A stretch of DNA of 64,000 bases, taken from Vulcanimicrobiota bacterium (GTDB lineage Bacteria; Vulcanimicrobiota; Xenobia; Xenobiales; JADMJV01). The notes below the pieces were generated by a model. It did not search any database. It had not been told where the DNA came from and saw only the letters and a program-made list of their open reading frames with translations. The translations under genes and the position numbers were made by a program. Positions within the stretch are counted from its first letter, which is position 1. Every line of letters begins with the position of its first letter. Positions 62,874 through 64,000 of the stretch are shown here, in pieces. The stretch is from the NCBI GenBank assembly GCA_050250895.1, contig JBFWNU010000008.1:64001-128000 (forward strand). The letters run 5' to 3'.

Positions 62874-63506
62874 ATGCGGTATTGGATAGTACTTCTCATG
62901 ACGGCGGCCCTGACGGCTTGTGCTCCGCCCCCGGCTCCCGGGTCTACCCCCAGCCCGGTGGCTCCGACTCCGTCGGCCCAGGAGCGGGCCCAGGCCTTTG
63001 CCGCCGAGATCGTTGCCTGGAAAACCCCGGAAGAAGCCTGGGCGAGGGTGCATCCCGAGTGCGTCAAGTTGCTCGAAGGCGACAAGAGAGCCGTGGTCGA
63101 GAAAGATATCGACTTCTGGCTCAACTTCAAAGGTCACAAAGACACGCAGCTCATGGGCTATCAAGAGCAAACCTCGGCTTGGAAGACCTATCCGGTCAAA
63201 CCCGATTTCGTGCTGGTCTACGAGAAGGTCCCGGTCTGGCCCATTGTCGAGCAGGATGGCCAGTGGTTCGTGAGCCTGGGAATACCCACCGATGCGGCCC
63301 TGCAGGCCGAGCGCGAGGTCAAGCTCAGTGAGCCCGAAGCCCAGGCAGTGGCCAAGAAGGCTCTCGCCGAGCTGTCGCCCGAGCTGCGTCAGGAGCTCAA
63401 GACGCTGCTCAAAGAAGACAAGCTCATCGCTGCCATCAAGCGCTTTCGTGAGGTCCACCCGCATTCGCTGCGAGTCTGCAAACTGGTAATCGACCAGCTT
63501 CGCTGA
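62874..63506 (+). CDS. Lipoprotein with C-terminal L7/L12-like motif
   Basis: Lipobox LTAC, P-rich linker, ...KLIAAIKRFREVHPHSLRVCKLVIDQL. Confidence 0.7.
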   Translation: MRYWIVLLMTAALTACAPPPAPGSTPSPVAPTPSAQERAQAFAAEIVAWKTPEEAWARVHPECVKLLEGDKRAVVEKDIDFWLNFKGHKDTQLMGYQEQTSAWKTYPVKPDFVLVYEKVPVWPIVEQDGQWFVSLGIPTDAALQAEREVKLSEPEAQAVAKKALAELSPELRQELKTLLKEDKLIAAIKRFREVHPHSLRVCKLVIDQLR

Positions 63507-63551
63507 GGAAGGCCCGTTGGGCCGCCCCCTGTCGCCGCGCTAGCGACGAGA

Positions 63552-64000
63552 TTAGATACGCCAGGCGCGTTCGAGTACGGCGCCCGAGTTGAGAATGCCG
63601 GCTCCTAGCAGGCTGTCGTCACTCTCCATCGGCGTGCAGGCTTCGGCCAGCAGGTCATAGATTTCGTCGATTTCGAGTTCGGGTCGCATGATCCGCAGGC
63701 GCACATAGAGAGCGCTCACCTGGGGGGCGGCGTACGAGGTACCGTCGAGACCGGCATGGAGCACTCGCATCCCGTTGACCGCGAGATCGGCGCCCGGGCT
63801 CGAGAAGTAGGCGGGTTCGACCGAATTTCCCGAGCTGTGTTCGCTGGCTCCGACCATCAGGTTGTAGTCGTTGCAGAACCAGGACAGGTGAAACTCTTCT
63901 GGCAGTTTGACGCCCAGGCGGAGCAGCGCCTGCAGCTGGTGGCCGCCGTTGCCGGCCGCGATGAAGTAGCCGATGTCCTGTTCGAATGCCTTTTCAGACA
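63552..64000 (-). CDS. Subtilisin-like (S8) serine protease, C-terminal part (5' end outside window)
   Basis: IAAGNGG oxyanion motif, YFSSPG, DGTSYAAPQVS catalytic Ser, GAGILN. Confidence 0.88.
   Translation of the reverse strand, partial: SEKAFEQDIGYFIAAGNGGHQLQALLRLGVKLPEEFHLSWFCNDYNLMVGASEHSSGNSVEPAYFSSPGADLAVNGMRVLHAGLDGTSYAAPQVSALYVRLRIMRPELEIDEIYDLLAEACTPMESDDSLLGAGILNSGAVLERAWRI

Overview
High-GC bacterial chromosomal window (about 64-65% GC by eye), densely coding, with no rRNA, tRNA, CRISPR-cas, integrase or transposase that I can see. The gene style (PEGA-domain Ser/Thr kinases, minor-pilin trio, enzymes with P/A/R-rich non-Sec leaders) suggests Eremiobacterota/Vulcanimicrobiota, but this is inference only. 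Left edge: a >1,800-aa pure coiled-coil ORF on the minus strand that is missing from the ORF track because it runs off the window. Then: trxC, DUF885, pfkA, TlpA, a P1B metal ATPase, LysM-NlpC/P60, two convergent membrane Ser/Thr kinases, three pilin-like genes, a multi-hairpin repeat array, acnA-nadD-rsfS-htrA, REC-HATPase, M48, ftsH/hsp20, a CdaA-YbbR fusion, a second structured tandem repeat, SDR, a 1082-aa clostripain-like protein, gor-sucA-sucB-lpdA, an alternative complex III operon (split ActB, fused ActDE, no ActF) behind a Rex/CRP-like site, a (GGTS)n lipoprotein, two exported QW-repeat proteins, a lipase, GAF-GGDEF, several small genes and a partial subtilase. Best leads: a possible shared non-Sec export leader on effector-like proteins, apparent HIP-like enrichment of CTCGAG/TCGA, two structured intergenic repeat elements, the giant coiled coil and the variant ACIII. 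All family calls come from motif recognition by eye, not database searches.
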